Source: Pseudomonadota bacterium
Lineage (GTDB): Bacteria; Bdellovibrionota_B; Oligoflexia; Silvanigrellales; Silvanigrellaceae
Direction: 5' to 3'
NCBI GenBank assembly: GCA_039799905.1
Contig: JBDLRP010000001.1
Span: forward strand, 32,001-96,000
Length of the DNA stretch: 64,000 bases
Shown: piece after piece, positions 42,801-51,598 of the stretch
Layout of the letters: every line of letters begins with the position of its first letter
How positions within the stretch are numbered: position 1 is the stretch's first letter
The notes under the pieces: model-generated
What the model was told of the DNA's origin: nothing
Databases searched by the model: none
The model's input: the letters and a program-made list of their open reading frames with translations, nothing else
Program-made: the position numbers and the translations under genes

Positions 42801-45553
42801 TATTTATGGGCTTTGCTGAAAGGCAGTGAGAGTTTTCTCTCTATGGCGTCGAGAACCTGCTGGTAGGCCATGTTGTGACGGCCAAGACCAAGCAACAGAT
42901 GTCCCCAATGCAGCTGCAGCGTTTCACGTCTTTGAGTATCAAAGGTGAGAGCAACCAACTGCTGGCAGACATCACTTGCGGCCACCAGTTCATTCTGAGC
43001 AATGTGAATCATGTATTCAGTTTCAAAAGCCTCACGCAGCCGGCTGAGACGTTCTTGCTGGTTGCCTATCGAACTGGCACGTGCCATCGCGCGTTCGGCG
43101 TAATATTTGGCAAGCGAATGCTCAAAACTGCGTGCATGCAGCCTTGCCGCCTTGAGAAATATTGCCGAGCAGCGCTCCGCGTCGGCGAGCGATCCGGCAC
43201 CTTCAAAATGCTTTGCAAGCGAAAGGATGTGCTCGCGACGGGGCTTCGGATACAGAAGAATTATTCGGTTTGCGAGTGCGAGATGAATCTGTCTGCGAGC
43301 CTGAAGCTCCAACCCCGAGAGCACCGCAGACCGTAATTTTTCGTGACTGAAAACAAATGATCTGCGCTGTACCGGAAGGTTGTCATCTCCAAGTATTTCA
43401 AAAACACCACGTCTCACAAGACTCAGCAAACGAGTTTCGAGTTCGACCGAGGTAAAATCCTGCTCCACCCGAAAAAACTCGAATTCACAGGCTTCGTGTG
43501 AAACGGCGGCAATGTTGGTTAATTTTTGATCGCGTTTGTCGAGCCGGTCGAGCGATGCGAGCAAGGCTTCGACGTTGCGGTAGTCGACAACAATTTGTGA
43601 CAGCTTCGTCCAGTCGACACGGAACACCGGATCCCACGGATTGAAATTCTTTCTTTCGGGAACAAGCGCCTCGTTTTCCACCATCTGCTTCAAAAGTGCA
43701 TGCAACAGCAAAGGCGATCCGTCGCATTTTGCTGTCACAAACTCAACGAATTTGGGCGTCGGTCTTGGCAGTCCCACCGCCTGCAAAAACTGTTGGAAGT
43801 CGTACTGACTCAGAGGTGCAAGATCCCAAACCTGGAAGCGCCGGCGGAGGTTGTTGAGCCGCAGCAGGAAATTGTCGAGCACAAAGTTCTGCCGCGAACT
43901 GCCCTCACGAATCGTCATGACGAATGCAAAATTGGCCTGATCATTCACCCTCTCGGTGATGAACTGGAACAGGCCAATCGACGCGGGGTCCGCCAGATGA
44001 ACGTCGTCAAGAAGGAAAACCAGGTACCCCGTTTGTTGGGCTATCTTGCCCAACAGTTCAAGAAAGACCTGCTGGATAGGAGCGCGCACCTGCGGCAGCT
44101 TTTTTTTCTGTCCGCTGTTCTTTTCCAACATTAATGAGGCACTTTCGAGAGCATCCTCGTTGTTTTCCTCGGCCGGAAATTCTGCGGCAGGCTCGTCATG
44201 CGTAAAGAGCGCATCGGTTGTCTCAACGGTGGTATTTTTGAGCAGGTGCGGTCGAAGTGCCGGAATCAGGCGCGCCACATCCGTCGCGCCCGTGCCCGCA
44301 ATCATGGCCATTTCCTGCATCAAAGTCTGAAAGACGTGCGGTGCGCGAATCTCTAGAGCTTGTAGCTGCTCGTTGACCGCCAAACTGAGGGCACGCAGGG
44401 AAAGTCTCTGCTCGGATTCTGTAAAACGGATATGCAGATAGGGAACTTTCAATTCATCCAGCTGACGGCGCACTTCTGCCAGACAACGGGTCCTGCCAAG
44501 ACCAACGGTGGAGCGAATCAAACCCCAAGTCACACGTGATTTTTTGTTGCGGAAATTTATGTTCCTCACGACCTGCTCGATCAGATCGCTGCGGCCGACA
44601 AAGATATTGTTGAACAGCCGGCTGAGTGCAACGTCTTTCGTGGCAATCTCAAAAGCATCCACAACCCGCCCGTGCAGCTTGACGTCACTCATCAGGCGTT
44701 TGAGGTCGCTCAGTAGTCCGAACATACTCTGATAGCGCTCTTCCGGCCTCTTCTCGATGCATTTCATAACAATGCGCTCGAGCAGCTCGTGATAACGGGG
44801 CCCGTCGAATTGAGAGAATGGCGGTGGCACTTTGTCGATATGTGCGCGCAGAAGTTCTTCATTCTTCAGTTCGTGGAATGGGGTACGACCTGTGACCAGC
44901 TCATAGGCAACAATGCCAAGACTGTAAATGTCCGCACGCGCGTCAATTCCCCAGTTGACGAGTCCCGTAGACTCAGGCGCCATGTAGTTGAAGGTGCCGA
45001 CAACTTCCGCGCGTGCACGACCTTGTTCGTTGCTCTGCTTGATGGGGTCACTCAGCCGGGCAACGCCGAAGTCCACAATTTTTAATTGGACCTTTGCGTC
45101 ACTGGCCTCTTTGGATGTCGAAATTAAAATATTTTGCGGTTTGATGTCACGGTGTACGATATTGTGGCCGTGCACATACTCAAGAGCCTCGGCTGCTTGA
45201 ATGAGAATTTCGAGAATGTCTGCCAGCGGCAGACGCCCGCCGCGCGTGCGCACGTAGTCGCGGAGGTTTTGTCCGTCAACGTATTCCATGACGATGTAGG
45301 CACGGCCTTCGCTCTCGCCAAGTTCATAGACGGTGACAGTGCCCGGATGCAGCAATTGACTCATCAGGGTCGCTTCCCGCTGGAAACGGATTTGCTCCTG
45401 CAATGAGGGAAGGTTTCCACGGTTCAAAAACTTAATTGCGACAGGACCGCTGCCCTCTGCACCAATACGAACTGCACGGTACACGGCCCCGAATCCGCCG
45501 CGTCCGATTTCTTCCAGCAGTCTATAGGTGTTATCCAGAATACGTTCCTGCAA
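39842..45553 (-). CDS. Large Ser/Thr protein kinase with STAND/AAA-like, helical-repeat and degenerate C-terminal domains
   Basis: Intact Hanks motifs GRGGFGAVY, VAIK, FQREA, HRDIKPQN, DFG, GTFNYMAPE, DIYSLG; FVGR, LLDDVHLAD, CDGSPL, FSHEKLR; TTG start with GGGGAGG RBS. Confidence 0.9.
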   Translation of the reverse strand: MQERILDNTYRLLEEIGRGGFGAVYRAVRIGAEGSGPVAIKFLNRGNLPSLQEQIRFQREATLMSQLLHPGTVTVYELGESEGRAYIVMEYVDGQNLRDYVRTRGGRLPLADILEILIQAAEALEYVHGHNIVHRDIKPQNILISTSKEASDAKVQLKIVDFGVARLSDPIKQSNEQGRARAEVVGTFNYMAPESTGLVNWGIDARADIYSLGIVAYELVTGRTPFHELKNEELLRAHIDKVPPPFSQFDGPRYHELLERIVMKCIEKRPEERYQSMFGLLSDLKRLMSDVKLHGRVVDAFEIATKDVALSRLFNNIFVGRSDLIEQVVRNINFRNKKSRVTWGLIRSTVGLGRTRCLAEVRRQLDELKVPYLHIRFTESEQRLSLRALSLAVNEQLQALEIRAPHVFQTLMQEMAMIAGTGATDVARLIPALRPHLLKNTTVETTDALFTHDEPAAEFPAEENNEDALESASLMLEKNSGQKKKLPQVRAPIQQVFLELLGKIAQQTGYLVFLLDDVHLADPASIGLFQFITERVNDQANFAFVMTIREGSSRQNFVLDNFLLRLNNLRRRFQVWDLAPLSQYDFQQFLQAVGLPRPTPKFVEFVTAKCDGSPLLLHALLKQMVENEALVPERKNFNPWDPVFRVDWTKLSQIVVDYRNVEALLASLDRLDKRDQKLTNIAAVSHEACEFEFFRVEQDFTSVELETRLLSLVRRGVFEILGDDNLPVQRRSFVFSHEKLRSAVLSGLELQARRQIHLALANRIILLYPKPRREHILSLAKHFEGAGSLADAERCSAIFLKAARLHARSFEHSLAKYYAERAMARASSIGNQQERLSRLREAFETEYMIHIAQNELVAASDVCQQLVALTFDTQRRETLQLHWGHLLLGLGRHNMAYQQVLDAIERKLSLPFSKAHKYVVAIWSQLSRFGFFALGFRLIESRFLKAPRPTDNQIQGLMLMVLAQGHGAESRTLELLAAAIRFDLHRRGPTRPFAVFNMMIAAHLLRSGKIDRAFEIAETLERAMESNGRVDIARWVRALRAIWLDYPMGRIERLARVLDERRDGQLPSLGVLNCESHALRSWVRVTSPRIWRQKRRDESTMATERRDKVWLEKNKGYLSDRIKKTRKLEMPKDRLPDSPELDSPDGTNVNKFSDEQVLEGAVQSKQARKLREAGENGQYIGLGLYSDVLRYALSDRLDPLRRSVDQFVRLRHGSDDGEIFKKFSSALQELALGQHKEALRYYVAAVKLLVHRTAPEISLPVSDAIRMGVLIIPILAFSMGARGWPWGRSLHRLLKNVDHKLCHPEGERNPRRTPVTPLFRGFMSHLGGEGQVALKLIGDAKDVAKSTQNDLVAFFAEQALGLACSEFDQVRSMDYFAECFRSAHELNWKMLERQLLSLCRRLNLPLQHQFPELLAESEKINFRRRTSGLALSHIMESWLVMNREPQTVGHYIAQAPRVSARILASPLSLLFRRQGDERAGIKPVVQWVDDGNLFLQNLSKEKIGAKSLESELVRNLPRFHDDPIRLIPTGQTNSVQVAPGWQAEPPLSASSAEFSEFPETTGIMNTTNLNETVLDSNRTQRVIADVGDRLGGDTPYAVYVALKNQDEFYGWLALSRVTLAQFSSRDSEFDLLLLARHTAFNLMCEAKLQEVSSHSQVDSSVVLPVVIAREFELPQGVIEERIGRLQYSDSRGYGVFVIGGSRLLTLLWNFESGKADNHMELGGLFRHYTTLFVESLRDNPDPIALDKFALRFSSDVGGLLERSALSHRFDKISVNAVLLDLHSGEAQECVFGNEQMSFSGSSRVERELLLELNGVLRLDRLVYRERRRIFSSQQYAWLFSHDSRLREIVPVFTQSGFLDDYLNQKRARGLSLARTFQDGRMPEDFTAIAVMFDGNLTMKKNVA

Positions 45554-45592
45554 ACCGCCCTCCCCTGCGATTCCGTCATGCTACGCAGGTGG

Positions 45593-45618
45593 TTATCGGC
45601 ATCCTACGGGATAATTGA
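45593..45618 (-). promoter_or_regulatory. sigma28-like promoter of the Ser/Thr kinase
   Basis: Minus strand TCAA-N14-GCCGATAA (perfect -10). Confidence 0.55.
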
Positions 45619-45654
45619 GGACCCCAAGAAATTCCCGCGGAAATTATTGCACAT

Positions 45655-45681
45655 TAAGTCTGCCTCCTATTCGTCCGATAC
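45655..45681 (+). promoter_or_regulatory. sigma28-like promoter of the M4/M36 protease
   Basis: TAAG-N15-TCCGATAC. Confidence 0.45.
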
Positions 45682-45706
45682 CTCACCAAACAGGCTGAGG
45701 TGAACC

Positions 45707-47983
45707 TTGAAGCTGAAATCCTCTCCGAAGCGATTCCACGGCGCACGGATAGCAGGGCATGCTGCCGGACGTGCAGCTTTGCTTTTGAAGGTTGTTGCCC
45801 TGTCGGCTTGTGGTGATGGGTCTCAAGTCAACGAATTTGCCGGAGATGTCGGCAATGTTATTGGCAGCGAACAAATCAACTCGCAACTGAATGGGAACGG
45901 ACCGTTGGGTTCGATGCCGCTGTCATCCGACGGCCTTATGTCGACGCTCGAAAAATACGCTCAAAAGCTTCCCCCGATGCGCGACGTCCACTTTTCGTCC
46001 GCTCTCGGCGATTTGCCCGAGCGGATTGTTGGTGCATCCGAGGGGCTAGGCCTTGTGAGCAACTCGTCGTTGCTTTCATTTGACAACGTGCTGGGCGCAC
46101 TGCCGGACGGATTGACATGGTCGGAGCAGCAAAAAAACAACCCGCTCGAACTCAACGGCGGCGCTCGCGATGAAGTTCTGCACGACCTGCAGCTCTCCTT
46201 TGAAAATGTTCCGATCCACGGCGCTCGCATCAAAAAAATTCACGATCACTCGAGCAACACGACAACTTTTATGAGCGCGGCGGTTCCCGCGTGGTTGCTC
46301 AATCAGGCAAAACGTTCACCGCGAACATCCCAGTTTTCCCTCAGCGCCGCGGATGCAAGCCGATATGCCGCTCAAAAACTAAACTTTTTGCCCTCACGCT
46401 TTCATTCGCCCGAGAAGATCTACATCGCGGGCGAGAATCAGACTTTGAAGGCTGCGTATCTGTTGACCGTGTCTTCTGAACCGTCGACGGAAGGAAGAGT
46501 TCCGAGGGTTCCGTTGGAAGTTGCTGTTGATGCCGATGTGGGCGAGGTGCTTTGGCAAAGGCCACTTGCGATGCATGCCGTGGTCGGTGAGGCTCACCTC
46601 TATGTAGAGAACAAAAAAGTCGGAGGCATCAGCCCCTCGACAGTTCAATTGCCTGACTTGCAAGGAAACGGTACCTCGCTGACGAATCCGCTTTTTGACG
46701 TGTTTAACTGCCACCTTCGTCCGCGCATACTGGAAACCGGTGACGGGTCCGTTTGTAACCTGCAGGTTCACCCAGTCACTCAGGGCAATTTCAAGTCATT
46801 CTCCTACTCCACTGAAGTTTATGATGAGCTTATTTCCTATGCGGCGCTGACTAAGGCAATGACCTGGTTCCGCGACATCGACAAGCCGAGTCTGCGCACG
46901 GACTGGGACACGAGCAAATGGCCGGGTACCCGCGAGAATTTCGGTCTCACAGCAGGTGTTTTTGGCAGTGCTGAAACACGCCTCAAGGTGTTTGTACGCA
47001 CACGAACCCCAGTACCGACGGTCAACCAGTGCGGCGACGAAACAACTCCCGACAACGCGCAGTATTTGTGGTCCGGCCAAACGGGACGAGGCTCGCCAGA
47101 AATTTTGATCGGCTACGGCGGGTTCGGTGTCGAGAACAAAACCTGCTACAAACTCAACGAGCTCGGTAAAGATATGGACGTCGTGATGCACGAATTCGGA
47201 CATCATGTCGTCTTCCGCGGGCTTTCCAATTCCAAAAACCAGAGTGTTGCGATGCACGAAGGGCTCGCCGATTACTTCACATATGCAATTTCCGGCAACA
47301 ACTTCCTCGCAGAAAACAGCTATCCCGGATTTAAATCACTGCGGCAAGGAAACATCACTCCCGGAACGACGTTCAAGAACTTCAAACCCAAATCCGGCGG
47401 CGGCTATTATTCGGTCATGGACTTGCTTGCAGCGCCGCACGCAATCGGTGAATTTTGGTCGGGCATCCTTTGGGAAATCCGCACGCAGATGGGCAAAGAC
47501 GGAAGCGGCTCAAAATATAAATTCGACAAGATTGTCTGGGACAGCGTAGACCTTCTGAAAAGCGAAGCGGGTCTCTATGAAGGCATGATTGCCTTCAACG
47601 AAAGTGCTAAACGTTATGCCGAACGTGTGGGTGACGATTCTGCCGCGCTTCAGAAAATCGTGCAGGATACGTTCGTGAAGTATGGCTTTGCGCGATACAC
47701 ATCGAACGGAGAGTTTGCCGCCGTTGCCGAGCTGGAAGGGACAACTGCAGTTGAAGCGGCCGCGCCTGTGAGCCGCGTCACAAAAACCCGCCGTTGGGGA
47801 TGCGGTGTTGTTGCATTTTCGGCTGCAGGCGACGTTGACTCCTCCGCAGCACAAAAGAACGCAGGGCTTCTGCTTTTTGCTTTGCTCCTTCTGCCTGCGT
47901 CAGTCCGCATGGGCTCGTTCTTCGCGCAAAGAGTGCGGGTCAGGAAAACCGTCCGCGTGCAATCGCAACGCCGCCGCAATTGA
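45707..47983 (+). CDS. M4/M36-type zinc metalloprotease with propeptide and C-terminal sorting-like tail
   Basis: LSAC lipobox-like; PepSY-like VAVDADVGEVL; DNAQY, DVVMHEFGH, MHEGLADYF, PHAIGEFWSGILWEIR; C-terminal GC + TM + Arg-rich end. Confidence 0.85.
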   Translation: MKLKSSPKRFHGARIAGHAAGRAALLLKVVALSACGDGSQVNEFAGDVGNVIGSEQINSQLNGNGPLGSMPLSSDGLMSTLEKYAQKLPPMRDVHFSSALGDLPERIVGASEGLGLVSNSSLLSFDNVLGALPDGLTWSEQQKNNPLELNGGARDEVLHDLQLSFENVPIHGARIKKIHDHSSNTTTFMSAAVPAWLLNQAKRSPRTSQFSLSAADASRYAAQKLNFLPSRFHSPEKIYIAGENQTLKAAYLLTVSSEPSTEGRVPRVPLEVAVDADVGEVLWQRPLAMHAVVGEAHLYVENKKVGGISPSTVQLPDLQGNGTSLTNPLFDVFNCHLRPRILETGDGSVCNLQVHPVTQGNFKSFSYSTEVYDELISYAALTKAMTWFRDIDKPSLRTDWDTSKWPGTRENFGLTAGVFGSAETRLKVFVRTRTPVPTVNQCGDETTPDNAQYLWSGQTGRGSPEILIGYGGFGVENKTCYKLNELGKDMDVVMHEFGHHVVFRGLSNSKNQSVAMHEGLADYFTYAISGNNFLAENSYPGFKSLRQGNITPGTTFKNFKPKSGGGYYSVMDLLAAPHAIGEFWSGILWEIRTQMGKDGSGSKYKFDKIVWDSVDLLKSEAGLYEGMIAFNESAKRYAERVGDDSAALQKIVQDTFVKYGFARYTSNGEFAAVAELEGTTAVEAAAPVSRVTKTRRWGCGVVAFSAAGDVDSSAAQKNAGLLLFALLLLPASVRMGSFFAQRVRVRKTVRVQSQRRRN

Positions 47984-48075
47984 CCACCCGATTTTCTCAG
48001 GTTACCTATTTATCCAGATAAAATTCACTTCATCTGAGTTCAAGCCCGTCTGAACTCCACCTCGAGGTTGTTGAG

Positions 48076-48792
48076 ATGCTTTTTACACGCATTGCGCTTA
48101 CCACTTCATTGCTGTCCGCTTCCGCTTTTGCTGCCGCCAAACCAGGCTCCACCAAAGGAATCGCTGACAAGGCCAGCTACACACTCGGCTTTCAAGTGGG
48201 GCAGAACTTCCACAACTACGGAGCTCAAATCAACCTTGATTCATTCACAAAGGGTTTTACCGACGCACTCGCAGGCAAGCCGGGAGCTTTGAGCAAAGAA
48301 GAAATGCAAAAAGCAATGGCAGAATTTGAACAAAATCTGCGCTCAAAAATGGACTCCAAGAAACGCGAACAGGGTGAAAAGAACACCAAAGAAGGAAAGG
48401 CATTCCTTGAGGCCAACGCCAAAAAGCCTGGAGTCAAGGTGTTGCCAAGCGGACTCCAGTACAAAGTCATTACCGAAGGAAGCGGAACTGCTCCAAAGGC
48501 CACTGACGTTGTCAAAACCCATTATCGCGGTACTTTGATTGACGGCAAAGAATTCGACAGCTCCTACGCACGCAAGGAGCCCGCAGAATTTCCTGTGAAC
48601 GGTGTCATCAAAGGCTGGACAGAAGCTCTCCAACTGATGAAACCGGGCGCCAAATGGCAGCTTTTCATTCCGTCCGATCTTGCCTACGGAACACAAGGCG
48701 CAGGAGCCGACATCGGTCCCAACGCAACCCTGATTTTTGAAGTTGAGCTTCTTGCTGTGAAGGCAGGCGACACCTCCAAGAATTCACGCTAA
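48076..48792 (+). CDS. FKBP-type peptidyl-prolyl isomerase (FkpA/Mip family)
   Basis: Signal peptide, KASYTLG, LPSGLQYKV, HYRGTLIDGKEFDSSY, VIKGWTEALQLM, IPSDLAYG, LIFEVELL. Confidence 0.96.
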   Translation: MLFTRIALTTSLLSASAFAAAKPGSTKGIADKASYTLGFQVGQNFHNYGAQINLDSFTKGFTDALAGKPGALSKEEMQKAMAEFEQNLRSKMDSKKREQGEKNTKEGKAFLEANAKKPGVKVLPSGLQYKVITEGSGTAPKATDVVKTHYRGTLIDGKEFDSSYARKEPAEFPVNGVIKGWTEALQLMKPGAKWQLFIPSDLAYGTQGAGADIGPNATLIFEVELLAVKAGDTSKNSR

Positions 48793-48858
48793 AAACTGTC
48801 AATGACTTAAACAACTGTCGCAGCCATCAACAGCTGCGAAAAGCTTGCCTTACGGTAT

Positions 48859-48888
48859 CCCCTGCGAATTGCGGGGGTTTTCTTTTTT
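48859..48888 (+). terminator. Rho-independent terminator after the FKBP gene
   Basis: CCCCTGCG-AAT-TGCGGGGG followed by TTTTCTTTTTT. Confidence 0.7.
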
Positions 48889-48968
48889 CATCCGATTCAA
48901 CTTCTGGCACAAAACTTGATGTAGCGCCGACGGGGGCATCCGATGCCCTCCGGAAAAGGCGGATAAGC

Positions 48969-49664
48969 ATGTGGCAACTATTCCCCAGAGCAAAGCAATT
49001 GACGGGCGCTCTCCTTGTAGCGCATTTGCTGCTCGCTGGCTGCGTGTTTGAGCCGAGCGAAACCATTGAGGTGCCGACCTCTGAAGAATCACAGAGGCTG
49101 ACTGGTCCACTGCCACGTTCCAAAACCCCGCGCATTTCCGCAGCCAAGCCTGTCCGCGAACAGGACCAAGAACAACAACCGATCATCTCTGCCGGCATTA
49201 ACCAACGCCTCAACAGCTGGTTCAGCGTTCGTGAAAATTATGATCTCGTCTACCGCGACGTTCTGAAATTTTACCCAGATGGCCGATACAACGGCTGCGT
49301 GGCATTCTTGTCGGCGGCTTTGCGGCGGCTCGGAACGCAAGTTCCACTGAGCGCAATCGACGGAACGGCCGAGTCGCCCTCTCTGGTGACGAAACCCTTC
49401 TCGAATTATCTGGAAAACTCGCTTGGCTGGAAGCGAATCGGCTCGGCTGCCAACCTTCAGGCGGGCGACGTTGTCTTCACGCGCGACAACAGGTCGTACC
49501 CTGGTTATCCGGCGCATACCTATATGTTTCATGGATGGTCTGACAAAAGCGTCGGCGTGGCGCTGGTGATAGACAATCAGGACTTCACCCATGAGCGCAA
49601 CATCTACTCGAGTGGTGGCGGGTTCAACTTTACCCCCTACGCATACGCATTGCGCGCGCCGTAA
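48969..49664 (+). CDS. Lipoprotein with putative Cys/His amidase (NlpC/P60/CHAP-like) domain
   Basis: Lipobox LAGC; NGCVAFLSAALR, LGWKRI, LQAGDVVF, PAHTYMF. Confidence 0.7.
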   Translation: MWQLFPRAKQLTGALLVAHLLLAGCVFEPSETIEVPTSEESQRLTGPLPRSKTPRISAAKPVREQDQEQQPIISAGINQRLNSWFSVRENYDLVYRDVLKFYPDGRYNGCVAFLSAALRRLGTQVPLSAIDGTAESPSLVTKPFSNYLENSLGWKRIGSAANLQAGDVVFTRDNRSYPGYPAHTYMFHGWSDKSVGVALVIDNQDFTHERNIYSSGGGFNFTPYAYALRAP

Positions 49665-49709
49665 TTCGTGTGGCTTGCAATCGCCGGTCGGACAAAATAA
49701 CCTTCCGGC

Positions 49710-50618
49710 ATGAAAGTATTTCCGACAAAACATCGGCTGCGCTCACATTGTTTACGAATCGCACTTCTGGCTGCGTTGGCGTCGACGATGTCTGCCTGCA
49801 ATTCACTTTTTTATCAGCCGGACAAATTCATATACTCGCTGCCTCAGCAGATCACTCCAGCCTATGAAGAGTTTCGGATTTCATCCGGCACAAACGATGA
49901 AAAATTGAATGTCTGGAAATTCCAATCTCGTAGGCCGCGTATCGGAACAGTCGTACACTTTCACGGCAATGCACAAAACATGTCGGCCCACGTGTGGTTC
50001 GTGGCATGGCTGATTGATGCCGGTTTTGATGTCGTCACCTTCGATTACCGTGGCTACGGCGAGAGCGACGGGACGGCAAACCGTAAAAACACCATCGAGG
50101 ACGGAAAATCGGTGCTCCGCTGGATATCGCAGCAGCCAGACAACGCGCCAATCTTTGTCATCGGACAAAGCCTCGGTGGTGCTGTGGCATACTCTGCGCT
50201 TGCGCAGCTCGATCCGCAGCCCCCCGTGAGAGCGATCATCATTGAATCCAGCTTTGTCTCTTACCGACAGCTTGCACGTCGCAAACTGGCCTCGTTCTTT
50301 TTGACTTGGCCTCTACAATGGCCGCTGTCTTTTCTGGTGACGGATCAGCTCAGTCCAAGTGAACTCAGCTTGAAATCTCGGTTGCCGATTTTGTTCGTGC
50401 ATGGAACGCATGACGGAGTTGTCCCCTATTCCGAGGGAGTTGAGTTTGCAGGCAAAGCCGAGCGCGAGCAGAACAGCGTCAGCTTTTTCAGCCACAAGGG
50501 CGGCGGACACACGTCCTGCTTTGTGGAAGGCGGAAAACAATCCTGTCAGAAGGAAGTTCTGCAATTTCTCGCTTCATTCACCGCCGGCTCACAAGCTCCG
50601 ACGGAGTCTAAAAAATGA
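49710..50618 (+). CDS. Alpha/beta hydrolase lipoprotein
   Basis: MSAC-NSLFYQP, FHGNAQN, FDYRGYGES, GQSLGG nucleophile, VHGTHDGVVP, GGGH. Confidence 0.9.
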   Translation: MKVFPTKHRLRSHCLRIALLAALASTMSACNSLFYQPDKFIYSLPQQITPAYEEFRISSGTNDEKLNVWKFQSRRPRIGTVVHFHGNAQNMSAHVWFVAWLIDAGFDVVTFDYRGYGESDGTANRKNTIEDGKSVLRWISQQPDNAPIFVIGQSLGGAVAYSALAQLDPQPPVRAIIIESSFVSYRQLARRKLASFFLTWPLQWPLSFLVTDQLSPSELSLKSRLPILFVHGTHDGVVPYSEGVEFAGKAEREQNSVSFFSHKGGGHTSCFVEGGKQSCQKEVLQFLASFTAGSQAPTESKK

Positions 50619-51598
50619 AACACATACTGAAACGCTTCGACTGGGTTCTACATCCAATCACCGTCTTTGTGGTGGCACAAATCTGTTGGGCCTTGCTCGT
50701 TTTCACTTGGATCTGGTGGTACTTCGACCGTGAAAAGGCAATTTCATCGATCTTGGGCAAGGTGCCTGCACCACCCGACCTGCGCGGCGGACAGTGGATC
50801 ATTCTTCTGCAGGGTGGAATTTTGCTTGCGCTCATTCTGCTTGGATTGCTGATGACGTTTATTTCTCAACGAAAGCAGGTCCGCCTCAATCGGCTGCATG
50901 AGTCTTTCCTCAGCAACATCACCCATGAACTAAAGACACCCATTGCATCGATCCGCCTTGCCACCGAGACACTTCTGCTGCGAAAAATACCCGAGCAGAC
51001 ACAAAGAGGATTTCTTGAGCGGACACTCTCAGAAAGCATTCGGCTGCAGAATCTTGTCGACAGTATTCTTGTTGCTGCGCGTTTGGAGTCAAAAAGTTAT
51101 TCACAGAACAAAGAAGTCACCGATCTGGTCGGTCTGGTCGAAAATTGTGTCGAAAGCTTCCAGGAGCGCGTGGGCAACGACCGGACAGTTCACTTCGAAA
51201 AAAAGTACGCAATAAAAAAACATGAATTTCTGTTGGAAGGCGACCCAATTCAGCTGCAGATGCTTTTCGACAACCTGCTCTCGAATGCCTTCAAATACTC
51301 GAATCCGGGTGGAACAATCACTATCACCAGTCAACTCACTCCCAAATTTTTTTCCGTCAACATCGCCGACGATGGGGTGGGAATAGACAAAGAAGCACTA
51401 TCGAAAATTTTTGACAAATTCTATCGTGCGGAGGGAACATCGCGCATTCGTGTACAGGGGTCAGGACTGGGTCTATTTATAGCCCATTCGGTTGTAAAAG
51501 CACACGGAGGCACGCTGACCGCAAACAGTGATGGACCAGAAAAAGGGGCACAGTTTTATGTCAGTTTCGAAGGGAAAACTGCTGCTCGTCGAGGATGA
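50615..51598 (+). CDS. Two-component sensor histidine kinase
   Basis: Two TMs; ITHELKTPIASI, NLLSNAFKYS, DDGVGI, IFDKFYR, GSGLGL. Confidence 0.95.
   Translation: MKHILKRFDWVLHPITVFVVAQICWALLVFTWIWWYFDREKAISSILGKVPAPPDLRGGQWIILLQGGILLALILLGLLMTFISQRKQVRLNRLHESFLSNITHELKTPIASIRLATETLLLRKIPEQTQRGFLERTLSESIRLQNLVDSILVAARLESKSYSQNKEVTDLVGLVENCVESFQERVGNDRTVHFEKKYAIKKHEFLLEGDPIQLQMLFDNLLSNAFKYSNPGGTITITSQLTPKFFSVNIADDGVGIDKEALSKIFDKFYRAEGTSRIRVQGSGLGLFIAHSVVKAHGGTLTANSDGPEKGAQFYVSFEGKTAARRG

Noticed and set aside
39842..45553. STAND kinase as an Avs-type anti-phage system
   Set aside because: The architecture fits signalling kinases, the P-loop is degenerate, and no defence or mobile genes are nearby.
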